DNA of 52,390 nucleotides from the NCBI GenBank assembly GCA_025352005.1, contig JANXUE010000159.1:1-52390 (forward strand). Reading direction: 5' to 3'. Source of the DNA: Frankiales bacterium. Lineage in GTDB: Bacteria > Actinomycetota > Actinomycetes > Mycobacteriales > SCTD01. Positions 44,941-52,390 of the stretch are shown here, one piece after another. The notes beneath the pieces are model-generated. The model made no database searches. It had not been told where the DNA came from and saw only the letters and a list, made by a program, of their open reading frames with translations. Position numbers and translations under genes: made by a program. The first letter of the stretch is position 1, and every line of letters begins with the position of its first letter.

Positions 44941-46239
44941 TTACCGGGCCGGCTCCTCGGTGGTGACGGCCAGCGTCCGGCCGGCTTTCGTCGGACTGTG
45001 ACCCGCGGCCCCCAGGTCGAGGCCGGACCGCTGCGCGGGGGGGTGCGAAGCAGCGTGCGCGACCGGACCGAGGTCAGCAGCCGGACCTGGCCGTCCGAAG
45101 TGCCAGCCCTGGCCGTAGCCGATCCCGCACTCTCGGAGGGCGTTCGCGTCCTCGATGTCCTCGATGCCCTCTGCGACCACAGCCGCCCCCAGTCCCGTAG
45201 CGAACTCACCGAGCGAGGCGACCAGGGTCCGCAGCACCTTGTCGTGATGCACCCCGTCGACCAGGCTCCGGTCGATCTTGATGACGTCGGGGGCGGTCAG
45301 CACGATGTGTCGCAGCGAGGAGAAACCCGCGCCCACGTCGTCGATCGCCAGCCGCATCCCCCTTGCCCGTAGCGGCCGCAGGACGTCGTGGAGCGCGTCA
45401 TAGTCCTCGACCCGGTCGTGCTCGGAGAGCTCCAGCAGGACTCGGTGGAGCGGCAGAGCACCGAGCACCTCGCTGCAGGCCGGGGTCAGCAGGGTTGCCG
45501 GCGAGACGTTCATTGACACGTAGCCGTCCACCTCGGCGAGCAGCTCACCGGCGCGGACCAGGGCCAACAGCTCCAGGCGGTCACCCTCACCGATACTGTG
45601 CGCCTGGGCGAACACCACGTCCGGCGCCATCCCCCACTCCGCCGGGAACCGGCTCAGCGCCTCCGCACCGACCCGCCGGCCGGCCTCCAGGTCGACGATG
45701 GGCTGCAGGAACACCACCGGTCCGCCGGCGTCCATCAGCGGCCCGAGCCGACGCTCCACTTCCTCGCAGCGGGCCCGCTCGCGCACGTCCGGCTCGAGCA
45801 GCACTGCAGCCGCACTGGCCAATACCTCCATGAGGGTCTGGTCCCGGCGGGACAGCGCCTTGTCGGTGGTGAGCCCGGCGGCGCAGAACGTGCCGTACAG
45901 CTCCCCGTTGCTCAGCCGAACCGGCACCGAGACGTAGCTGCGAATCCGTGGCAGCCGCGAGGCGGGCAGCTTCATCGCTTCGGGATGCTTGCGCACGTCC
46001 GGGATGACGGGGGGTAGCCGTCCGTCCAGGATCGCCTGGCAGAACGTGTTCGCCTGGTCGGTCTCGTACCCCTCCTTGAACAGGAGCGAGGCCGGCCCGG
46101 AGGACTCCACCACCTCCAGGTACTGCGTCGTGCCGTCCAACCGGGACAGGAACGCCACCGACAGGTTCAGTCCTGCCTTTGCGGTTTTCAGAAGGTCACC
46201 AATCTGGTCACCCACTGCGCTGCGCGATTGCTTGGCCAC
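44941..46239 (-). CDS. GAF-domain + EAL-domain protein (putative c-di-GMP phosphodiesterase)
   Basis: The N-terminal part is GAF-like (...LNLSVAFLSRLDGTTQYLEVVESSG...YVSVPVRLSNGELYGTFC). EAL motifs: GAEALSRF, LAIDDVGAGFSSL, IKIDRSLV, VAEGIE, GQGWHFGRP. Confidence 0.85.
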   Translation of the reverse strand: MAKQSRSAVGDQIGDLLKTAKAGLNLSVAFLSRLDGTTQYLEVVESSGPASLLFKEGYETDQANTFCQAILDGRLPPVIPDVRKHPEAMKLPASRLPRIRSYVSVPVRLSNGELYGTFCAAGLTTDKALSRRDQTLMEVLASAAAVLLEPDVRERARCEEVERRLGPLMDAGGPVVFLQPIVDLEAGRRVGAEALSRFPAEWGMAPDVVFAQAHSIGEGDRLELLALVRAGELLAEVDGYVSMNVSPATLLTPACSEVLGALPLHRVLLELSEHDRVEDYDALHDVLRPLRARGMRLAIDDVGAGFSSLRHIVLTAPDVIKIDRSLVDGVHHDKVLRTLVASLGEFATGLGAAVVAEGIEDIEDANALRECGIGYGQGWHFGRPGPAADLGPVAHAASHPPAQRSGLDLGAAGHSPTKAGRTLAVTTEEPAR

Positions 46240-46379
46240 GGCACCTCAGTCTCCCGATGGCCCCGGGGTGGTCCGCGGCCGTCGTTCGTTCTATCGGCCG
46301 AGACGAGGCTCAACTGCAGTGCGACACCAGTCGCCGCCAAGCCAGAGTCACGAGTCTCACCCTGGACTGATCGGGCCGA

Positions 46380-48827
46380 CTACGCGCGAGCAGTGGCCTG
46401 GCGGGCGGGCGTGGCGCTCACGGCCTCGCCGTCGGTCTTGTCGCGTGAGCTGGGAATGCTGCGCGGGCTGGATTCGGCCTTCAACCGAGCGGTCCAGGTC
46501 GCGGCCTTGGCCGGACGGCCGAGCAGGTAGCCCTGGACGCGTTGACAGCCGAACTCACGGAGCAGCTCCAGCTGCTCGAGGCGCTCGACCCCTTCGGCAA
46601 TCACGTCGAGGCCGAGGTCGGCTCCGAAGCGCAGGAAGGCGTGGATGAATCGCGACCGGCCTTCGTCGCGACCGAGACCGCTGATGAACACCCGGTCGAT
46701 CTTCAGGAACTGCAGCGGAATCTGGCTCAGATGCGTCAGTGAGGAGTAGCCGACGCCGAAGTCGTCAAGGGAGAGCCGGATGCCGCTGGCGTTCAGACGT
46801 GACGTGACGTCCCGAGCCGCCTCGAGATCGGTGAGCAATGCTGACTCGGTGATCTCCAGGACCAGCCGCAGGGGACTCACGCCGTGGCGGGCGAGGGCGG
46901 CCAGAACCTCGTCCGGGAAGGTGCGGTCGACGACCTGTTGCGGTGAGATGTTCACGGCCACGGTGAAGTCAGTCCGACTTCCTTCGAGGTCCCACGCAGC
47001 GATCTGACTACAGGCCTGGTCGAGCACGAGGTGGGTGAGATCGCCGATCAGGCCGGTCCGCTCAGCGCCAGGGATGAACACGTCCGGCGCAATCGTCATG
47101 TCACCGACGCGCCACCGGGCGAGCGCCTCGAATCCCACAACGGTGCCGGTCGCCAGATCGGTGATGGGTTGGTACTCCAGGGAGAGCTGCCGTTCGGTGA
47201 TCGCGGAGGACAGCCGCAGGCGCAGCCCCTCATCGGTGACCTCGGTGAGCTCCATTCCCGGCTCAAATGCACGGAAGCCGCCCTTGCCGGTGCGCTTCGC
47301 CGCGTACATCGCGGTGTCGGCCTGCATGAGCAGATCGCTCGCCGTCGGCGTCGCCGCGTCACTGGCGACGATGGTGAGGCCAACGCTGGCCTGCACGTCG
47401 ACCTGGCGTCCTCCAACCGCGTACGAGGCGTGAGTCGCGGCGATGATCTGACGGGCCAGGATCCGGGGGTCACCGCCGTCCTCGATGAGGATGGCGAACT
47501 CGTCACCGCCGAGGCGGGCCAGTGTGTCTCCAGCGCGCAGGGCGCCACGCAGGCGTTCGGCGACCCGGACGAGCAGCTCGTCGCCGGCGGCATGGCCGAG
47601 TGTGTCGTTGACGAGCTTGAAATCGTCCAGGTCGCAGAACAGCACGGCGAGGCCTCGCCTGTCGCGTTGGTGCAGATCCAGGGCATGGGCGACCCGATCC
47701 TGGAACAGGGCCCGGTTCGCAAGCCCGGTCAGGCCGTCGTGGAAGGCCTGGTGATGGAGCTGTTGCTCACGCTCTGACAGCGTGGTCACCAGCCTGCTGT
47801 TCTCGCGCACCATCAAGTACTGCCGAACCAGCACGAGGACGACCGTGACGGCGGCGAGAGTTGCTTCGACGACGTCGATCTTTCGTCCCAGGTACATCTC
47901 CACCGAGACGGCTGCCGTCGCGACCAGCACCGGCACGTACGGCAGCTTGCTGGGCGCCTCCAGGGGGCGTATCCGCGTCGCGTCGGGCACGGGTGTTGCG
48001 CTCAGGAAAGGAGCGACAGTCAACACGGCGAAGCCCACCACCCATCCCAGATCCGCCGTCGCGCCCGTTGCGTAATTGCCCGTTGCTGTCAGGTAGGTGA
48101 ACGAGCTGTCCGCGACCGCAATGGCCATGACACCGAAGGCGAGCAGAGCGAGCGTCTCCCGACTTCCTGTTGCGTGACTGAGCACGATGCACAACAGGGA
48201 CAGCACAACCAGGTCCAGTACGGGGTAGCTCAGCGACACGACGAACGCCAGCGAGCTGTCCGATGCTGCGTGTGCCACCGCGCCCAGCACCGTCGTCCAG
48301 GAGACGAGCGCAAGGGCAGCCGTGACCGTGAGGCTGTCCAGGACGCTTCGCCGACGGGCTGCCTGACTTCGGGACACCGGGTACAACCACAGTGCCACCG
48401 ACGCTCCAACGGGGAACAACAAGTAGCCGACATCGGCGATGGACGGAAACGGTGTGGCCCTTCCGAGCACCAGCTCGAACCAGCTCCAGATGGCCTGCCC
48501 GATGGCCCACGCCGCGCAGCCCGCCGCCAGCGCGGCCAAGCTTCGGCGTAGTCGACCGCTCGATGTCCGTGCCCTCCAGCCTGCCGACACTGCAGCCGTC
48601 GCGGCGAAAACCACCTCGCTGAGGTCGGCCACCACTCGGACGACTTGATGGCCACCCAGGCCGAACAGCAGCACGACAACAACGACGGTTACCCCCGCGG
48701 CGGCGGCGGCGCAGGCGACACGCTGGAGTCGCGACAGGGCTATGAGGGCGAGCAGTCTGTGCCTCACCCACCACCTACCGGTGCCAAGCGGCACAGCGAC
48801 CCGCGGGGACGGTCCATGCCTGTCCAT
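46380..48827 (-). CDS. Integral-membrane GGDEF + EAL domain protein (diguanylate cyclase/phosphodiesterase)
   Basis: From ATG 48827 there are multiple TM helices. Then HDGLTGLANR...RLGGDEFAILI (GGDEF). EAL motifs: FEALARW, LSLDDFGVGYSSL, LKIDRVFI, IAEGVE, QGYLLGRP. Confidence 0.85.
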   Translation of the reverse strand: MDRHGPSPRVAVPLGTGRWWVRHRLLALIALSRLQRVACAAAAAGVTVVVVVLLFGLGGHQVVRVVADLSEVVFAATAAVSAGWRARTSSGRLRRSLAALAAGCAAWAIGQAIWSWFELVLGRATPFPSIADVGYLLFPVGASVALWLYPVSRSQAARRRSVLDSLTVTAALALVSWTTVLGAVAHAASDSSLAFVVSLSYPVLDLVVLSLLCIVLSHATGSRETLALLAFGVMAIAVADSSFTYLTATGNYATGATADLGWVVGFAVLTVAPFLSATPVPDATRIRPLEAPSKLPYVPVLVATAAVSVEMYLGRKIDVVEATLAAVTVVLVLVRQYLMVRENSRLVTTLSEREQQLHHQAFHDGLTGLANRALFQDRVAHALDLHQRDRRGLAVLFCDLDDFKLVNDTLGHAAGDELLVRVAERLRGALRAGDTLARLGGDEFAILIEDGGDPRILARQIIAATHASYAVGGRQVDVQASVGLTIVASDAATPTASDLLMQADTAMYAAKRTGKGGFRAFEPGMELTEVTDEGLRLRLSSAITERQLSLEYQPITDLATGTVVGFEALARWRVGDMTIAPDVFIPGAERTGLIGDLTHLVLDQACSQIAAWDLEGSRTDFTVAVNISPQQVVDRTFPDEVLAALARHGVSPLRLVLEITESALLTDLEAARDVTSRLNASGIRLSLDDFGVGYSSLTHLSQIPLQFLKIDRVFISGLGRDEGRSRFIHAFLRFGADLGLDVIAEGVERLEQLELLREFGCQRVQGYLLGRPAKAATWTARLKAESSPRSIPSSRDKTDGEAVSATPARQATARA

Positions 48828-48886
48828 CGTCCGTTCGGGCTGACCGCTGTAGGGCACGTTCTCACCCGGTCGACCATCATGGTCGG

Positions 48887-50626
48887 GTGACCGAGCCCTC
48901 CCACGCCGACCGGGCCGGAATGCGCAGCCTCGGACACCTGCTACGCCCGCACCGCAAGTCGTTGGCAGCCGCCGGCCTGCTGGCGCTCCTGAACGCGGCC
49001 GCCGCGCTGGCACAGCCCCTACTGGTACGCCGGGTGATCCACGACATCCAGACCGGTCGGCCCCGGGCCGCGGCCGTCACCGTCCTGGTGTTCGCGCTCG
49101 TCGTCGCCGCCGTCCTGTCCGGACTGCAGAGCTACCTGCTGCAGCGCACGGGCGAGGCGGTCGTCCTGTCCACCCGCGTGCAGCTGGTACGCCGGTTGCT
49201 GCGCCTGCCGGTGACGGAGCTCGACCGGCGTCGTACCGGCGACCTGATCTCCCGGGTCGGCGCCGACACGACGCTGCTGCGCACCGTCGTCACCTCGGGG
49301 CTCGTCGACGTGGTCTCGGGGTTGCTGATCGCCGTCGGTGCCCTGGTCGCGATGGCCACCGTCGACCTGCTGCTGCTCGGGATCACCGTGGTCGCGGTGA
49401 CGGTCGGCTTCACGGGGGCCATCGTCGTCGTGCGGCGCGTGCGCCCGGCCTCCCTGGCAGCCCAGACGTCGGTCGGCACCATGACGTCAGGCATCGAGCG
49501 GGCACTGTCCGGCGTGCGGACGATCCGGGCTGCTGGGGCCGAAGAGCGGGAAGAGGCGGCAGTCACGGTCTTCGCCCGGGACGCCTTCACGGCGGGGCTG
49601 CAGCTCGCCCGGTTACGGGCCCTGCTCGGTCCGCTGGCAGCGGTCGCGGTGCAGGGAGCCTTCCTGGCCGTACTGGGCGTCGGGGGCGCGCGGGTGGCAA
49701 GCGGGACCATCAGCGTCGGGGACCTCGTGGCCTTCGTGCTGCTGCTGTTCCTGCTCGTCCAGCCGTTGGCACAGGGCATCCAGGCGCTCACAGCGGTCCA
49801 GACTGGGCTCGGGGCGCTGTCCCGGATCCAGGAGGTGCTGGACCTGCCGGCCGAGAGCGCCAGCGACGTCGTCATCGCCGACCTGCCGGTCAGCGCGTCG
49901 GTAGAGGTGCGCTTCCAAGACGTCGACTTCGCCTATGCCAAAGGAGGAAGTGTCCTTCGCGGCACGACCTTCGTCGCGCCGACCGGCCGGCGTACGGCGC
50001 TCGTCGGGCCGTCCGGGGCCGGGAAGTCGACGGTGTTTGCTCTGATCGAGCGGTTCTACGAGGTCAGCTCGGGTGCGGTTCTCGTCGGCGACCAGGACGT
50101 GCGCAACCTCGATCGCGCCCAGCTTCGGAACCGGATGGCCTACGTCGAGCAGGACGCCCCGGTCCTGGCCGGGACCCTGCGCGAGAACCTGCTGCTCGGA
50201 CGCCCCGGTGCCGTCGACAGCGAGCTGCTCGCGGCGCTCGAGCAGGTCAACCTGCTCGAGCTGGCCGTACGGAGCGTCGAGGGGCTGGACGCACAGGTGG
50301 GCGACGACGGGATCTTGCTGTCCGGCGGGGAGCGCCAGCGGCTCGCGATCGCCCGGGCCCTGCTGAGCCGGCCCGCGCTCCTGCTGCTCGACGAGCCGAC
50401 GTCGTCCCTGGACGCGCGCAACGAGCACGCGCTGTCCCGGGCGGTCGCCGCCATCGGGCCCGGCACGACCGTTCTGGTGATCGCGCACCGGCTGTCGACG
50501 GTCGTTGACGCCGACCAGATCGTGGTGCTGGACCGTGGGACGGTCGTGGCGACGGGAACTCACGACGAACTGGTGGCCTCCTCACCGCTCTACCGCGACC
50601 TGGCCGCCCGTCAGCTACTCGTCTGA
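48887..50626 (+). CDS. ABC transporter, fused permease/ATP-binding exporter (MdlB/MsbA type)
   Basis: Six-TM N-terminal half. Walker A: GPSGAGKST. Signature: LSGGERQRLAIARAL. Walker B: LLLLDEPTSSLD. The start may be ATG 48920 (MRSLGHLLRPHRKSL). Confidence 0.9.
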   Translation: MTEPSHADRAGMRSLGHLLRPHRKSLAAAGLLALLNAAAALAQPLLVRRVIHDIQTGRPRAAAVTVLVFALVVAAVLSGLQSYLLQRTGEAVVLSTRVQLVRRLLRLPVTELDRRRTGDLISRVGADTTLLRTVVTSGLVDVVSGLLIAVGALVAMATVDLLLLGITVVAVTVGFTGAIVVVRRVRPASLAAQTSVGTMTSGIERALSGVRTIRAAGAEEREEAAVTVFARDAFTAGLQLARLRALLGPLAAVAVQGAFLAVLGVGGARVASGTISVGDLVAFVLLLFLLVQPLAQGIQALTAVQTGLGALSRIQEVLDLPAESASDVVIADLPVSASVEVRFQDVDFAYAKGGSVLRGTTFVAPTGRRTALVGPSGAGKSTVFALIERFYEVSSGAVLVGDQDVRNLDRAQLRNRMAYVEQDAPVLAGTLRENLLLGRPGAVDSELLAALEQVNLLELAVRSVEGLDAQVGDDGILLSGGERQRLAIARALLSRPALLLLDEPTSSLDARNEHALSRAVAAIGPGTTVLVIAHRLSTVVDADQIVVLDRGTVVATGTHDELVASSPLYRDLAARQLLV

Positions 50627-51412
50627 CCGGACGGACTGCTCCCTGGGTGGGTGGATGTCCTCAGCGACGGTTGTGACCCGGTGCGGCACGGCGATGTGGA
50701 CCTTCACCCCGCGGGAGTAGTGGGCCAGCGGAGCGCCGACCGGGCGAGGCAGGCCCGCCGCGGTGACGAGGCTGTCGTCGCATGCCTCCACGACGGCGCG
50801 CTGCAGCGGCCACGGGGCGTGCGCCACCTCGCCGTACCGCAGGCCTGCGTCTCGTGCCTGGCTGAACAGCCGCCACCGCGCGCTCAGGAAATGCTCGAGC
50901 TCCGTGACCTCCTCGGGAGCGATCAGCGCCCCGGGACGGACCACGATCGTGCCGCCCGCGCCACGTGGACCTGGCCACCTGCGTCGCGTCGTGTAGACGA
51001 GCCGGTCGGGTCCGCCGCTGAGCCGCATCGACGCCCAGTTGTACGGCAGTCGGAAGGTGACCCGGGCCGTCACCACTGCGGCGAGGCGGGCCGCTTCCAA
51101 CGAGAAGAACCACACACCCGCCCGGCCGTGGCCGTCCCGGACGTAGGTCCGCACGTTCGTCTCGGCAAACCGCCCCAGCCACGGCGGCGCGGGGAGCCGG
51201 GGCGGCGCGACGGACATCTGGAAAGGGATCAGACCGACCCAGGCCCGGCCGTCGAAGGTGTCGACCGTCAGCCCCGCCGGGAGCAGGCCCTGTACGACGC
51301 TCGGCTCGTACGACCAGTGCAGGTAGGTCAGCTGCTCCCAGCGGTTGACCATCACCGGATGGCGGACGCTGAAAGGGCACGTGCCATCGGGAACGACAGA
51401 ATCCACCCCCAT
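50615..51412 (-). CDS. DUF2071 (YqjF-like) family protein
   Basis: From ATG 51412: MGVDSVVPDGTCPFSVRHPVMVNRWEQLTYLHWSYEP...GRAWVGLIPFQM...ETNVRTYV...GVWFFSLEA... Confidence 0.7.
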   Translation of the reverse strand: MGVDSVVPDGTCPFSVRHPVMVNRWEQLTYLHWSYEPSVVQGLLPAGLTVDTFDGRAWVGLIPFQMSVAPPRLPAPPWLGRFAETNVRTYVRDGHGRAGVWFFSLEAARLAAVVTARVTFRLPYNWASMRLSGGPDRLVYTTRRRWPGPRGAGGTIVVRPGALIAPEEVTELEHFLSARWRLFSQARDAGLRYGEVAHAPWPLQRAVVEACDDSLVTAAGLPRPVGAPLAHYSRGVKVHIAVPHRVTTVAEDIHPPREQSVRSDE

Positions 51413-51483
51413 AGGATGCCGGTCGCATGGAGCGTCTGCACTGCGGAGGGAGTGTCGGCCGCCTCGCGATGGCAGCATCAGTG

Positions 51484-52368
51484 CTAGCTCAGGGCACCAC
51501 TCGAGGTGCCGGTGCCGTGCAGGTGGTCACACAGCCGGACCTGGTTGGTGGCGATCTGGCCGCCAGCGATGCCTTCGAGGGCAGCGAACGGGCCGCACGG
51601 GTTGGGAGTGATCCAGACGTGGAGCATCGGGACGGGCTGCGGCTTGATCTGCCCGTTGGGGCAGCTGCCTGAGCTGTTGGTCAGGCCCTGGATGAACCCG
51701 CTCGCGGAGAAGCACAGGTTGTCGTGGATATGCCACTGGATCAGGCTTCCGCCGAGCGGGGGCACCGCCGACAGCGGGGTACCTGGCGTGAGCATGAACA
51801 TCGCCGCGACCAGGCGACGGCCGCCGCCGGTGGTGTCGTAGACCAGGGACTCGGGGCGGTCGGGGTCAAGGGTGGTGCTGTCGTTCTGGAACGTCCGGTT
51901 CATCAGGTGCTCCGTGCCGGTGAAGCCGTCACCGATGCTGCGGAAGCCGGCTTTCTCGGCGACGGCAGCGTCGGACCACTGCGGCAGCCGGGCCAGGGTG
52001 AGGGAGACGAGATTCTCGGCCTCCGCCTGCTGCCTGGGGGTGACCCCGGGCGTCCCGCCTAGGTCGATCGGCAGGGTCGGGTCGTAGGCCCGCGCCGCCG
52101 TGTGCGTGTGCCCGCTCGCGGCCGTTCCGTGCGCGTGCCCGTCGGCGTGGACGTGCTGGGCTGTGGCGACGGTACCCATGACGGTCACGGCGGACACCGC
52201 GAGGACGAGGGCTGACGAGCTCAGCCGCGGGCCGAGGACGGACCTCAGCGCGAGGGCGGCGAAGATCGTGGCGCCGAGCGCCAGGGCAGCGGCCAAGCCG
52301 TCGGCAAGCTGGATCGGCTCGGGGACGTTGAGCCCGTCGACGCCGGGCAGGCCCACAACCTTGGCCAT
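51484..52368 (-). CDS. Hypothetical membrane-anchored protein with His-rich linker; the frame stays open upstream to the window edge, so the 5' end may be outside
   Basis: TM segments (LAAALALGATIFAALAL; ALVLAVSAVTVMGTVA), then HVHADGHAHGTAASGHTHT. The C-terminal domain reads ...LIQWHIHDNLCF...PMLHVWITPNPCGPF... No stop lies between ATG 52368 and position 52390 in this frame. Confidence 0.55.
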   Translation of the reverse strand: MAKVVGLPGVDGLNVPEPIQLADGLAAALALGATIFAALALRSVLGPRLSSSALVLAVSAVTVMGTVATAQHVHADGHAHGTAASGHTHTAARAYDPTLPIDLGGTPGVTPRQQAEAENLVSLTLARLPQWSDAAVAEKAGFRSIGDGFTGTEHLMNRTFQNDSTTLDPDRPESLVYDTTGGGRRLVAAMFMLTPGTPLSAVPPLGGSLIQWHIHDNLCFSASGFIQGLTNSSGSCPNGQIKPQPVPMLHVWITPNPCGPFAALEGIAGGQIATNQVRLCDHLHGTGTSSGALS

Positions 52369-52390
52369 CCCCCAGCCAGCGAGCGCGCCG

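Noticed and set aside
43725-45209. 494-aa minus ORF, and other antisense ORFs within the helicase, EAL, GGDEF and ABC genes (for example 47031..47777 and 49613..50563)
   Set aside because: They lie opposite genes with complete catalytic motif sets and have low-complexity translations.

Overview
High-GC (Actinomycetota-type) chromosomal window. The left 6 kb is ordinary housekeeping DNA: corA, two uppP-family genes, an LLM/F420 oxidoreductase, an aldo-keto reductase and an M20 peptidase. It ends at a tRNA-Leu(GAG) gene.

The last 56 nt of that tRNA (6012-6067) recur exactly at 27441-27496. The two copies delimit a ~21.5-kb integrated, apparently mobilisable element. It carries a tyrosine integrase, an excisionase-like HTH gene, an SLT+M23 wall hydrolase and a MobC + relaxase pair. 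Its cargo is a long minus-strand operon encoding:
- a LamG-domain secreted protein;
- a 2054-aa Rhs/YD-repeat toxin with an EndoU-like C-terminus;
- a MafI-like immunity gene;
- two further translationally coupled secreted-protein/small-protein pairs, one DUF4258-like + DUF2283 and one with no family I recognise.

An IS1182-family IS sits near the right end of the element. Directly after the second att copy, a second integrase/excisionase pair opens a decayed, IS-riddled region (ISAzo13 fragment, IS21 istAB).

Next come small stress and regulator genes: SRPBCC x2, DUF3052, HxlR, NIPSNAP, YciI, hemerythrin and TetR. They are followed by a Tn554-like two-recombinase module whose first gene is split by an IS256-family IS. 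The window ends with an SNF2 helicase, two c-di-GMP turnover genes, an ABC exporter, DUF2071 and a His-rich membrane protein.

No rRNA or CRISPR array was seen. Most other long ORFs in the track are antisense or read-through artefacts of the high GC content. The track also translates alternative start codons as M.
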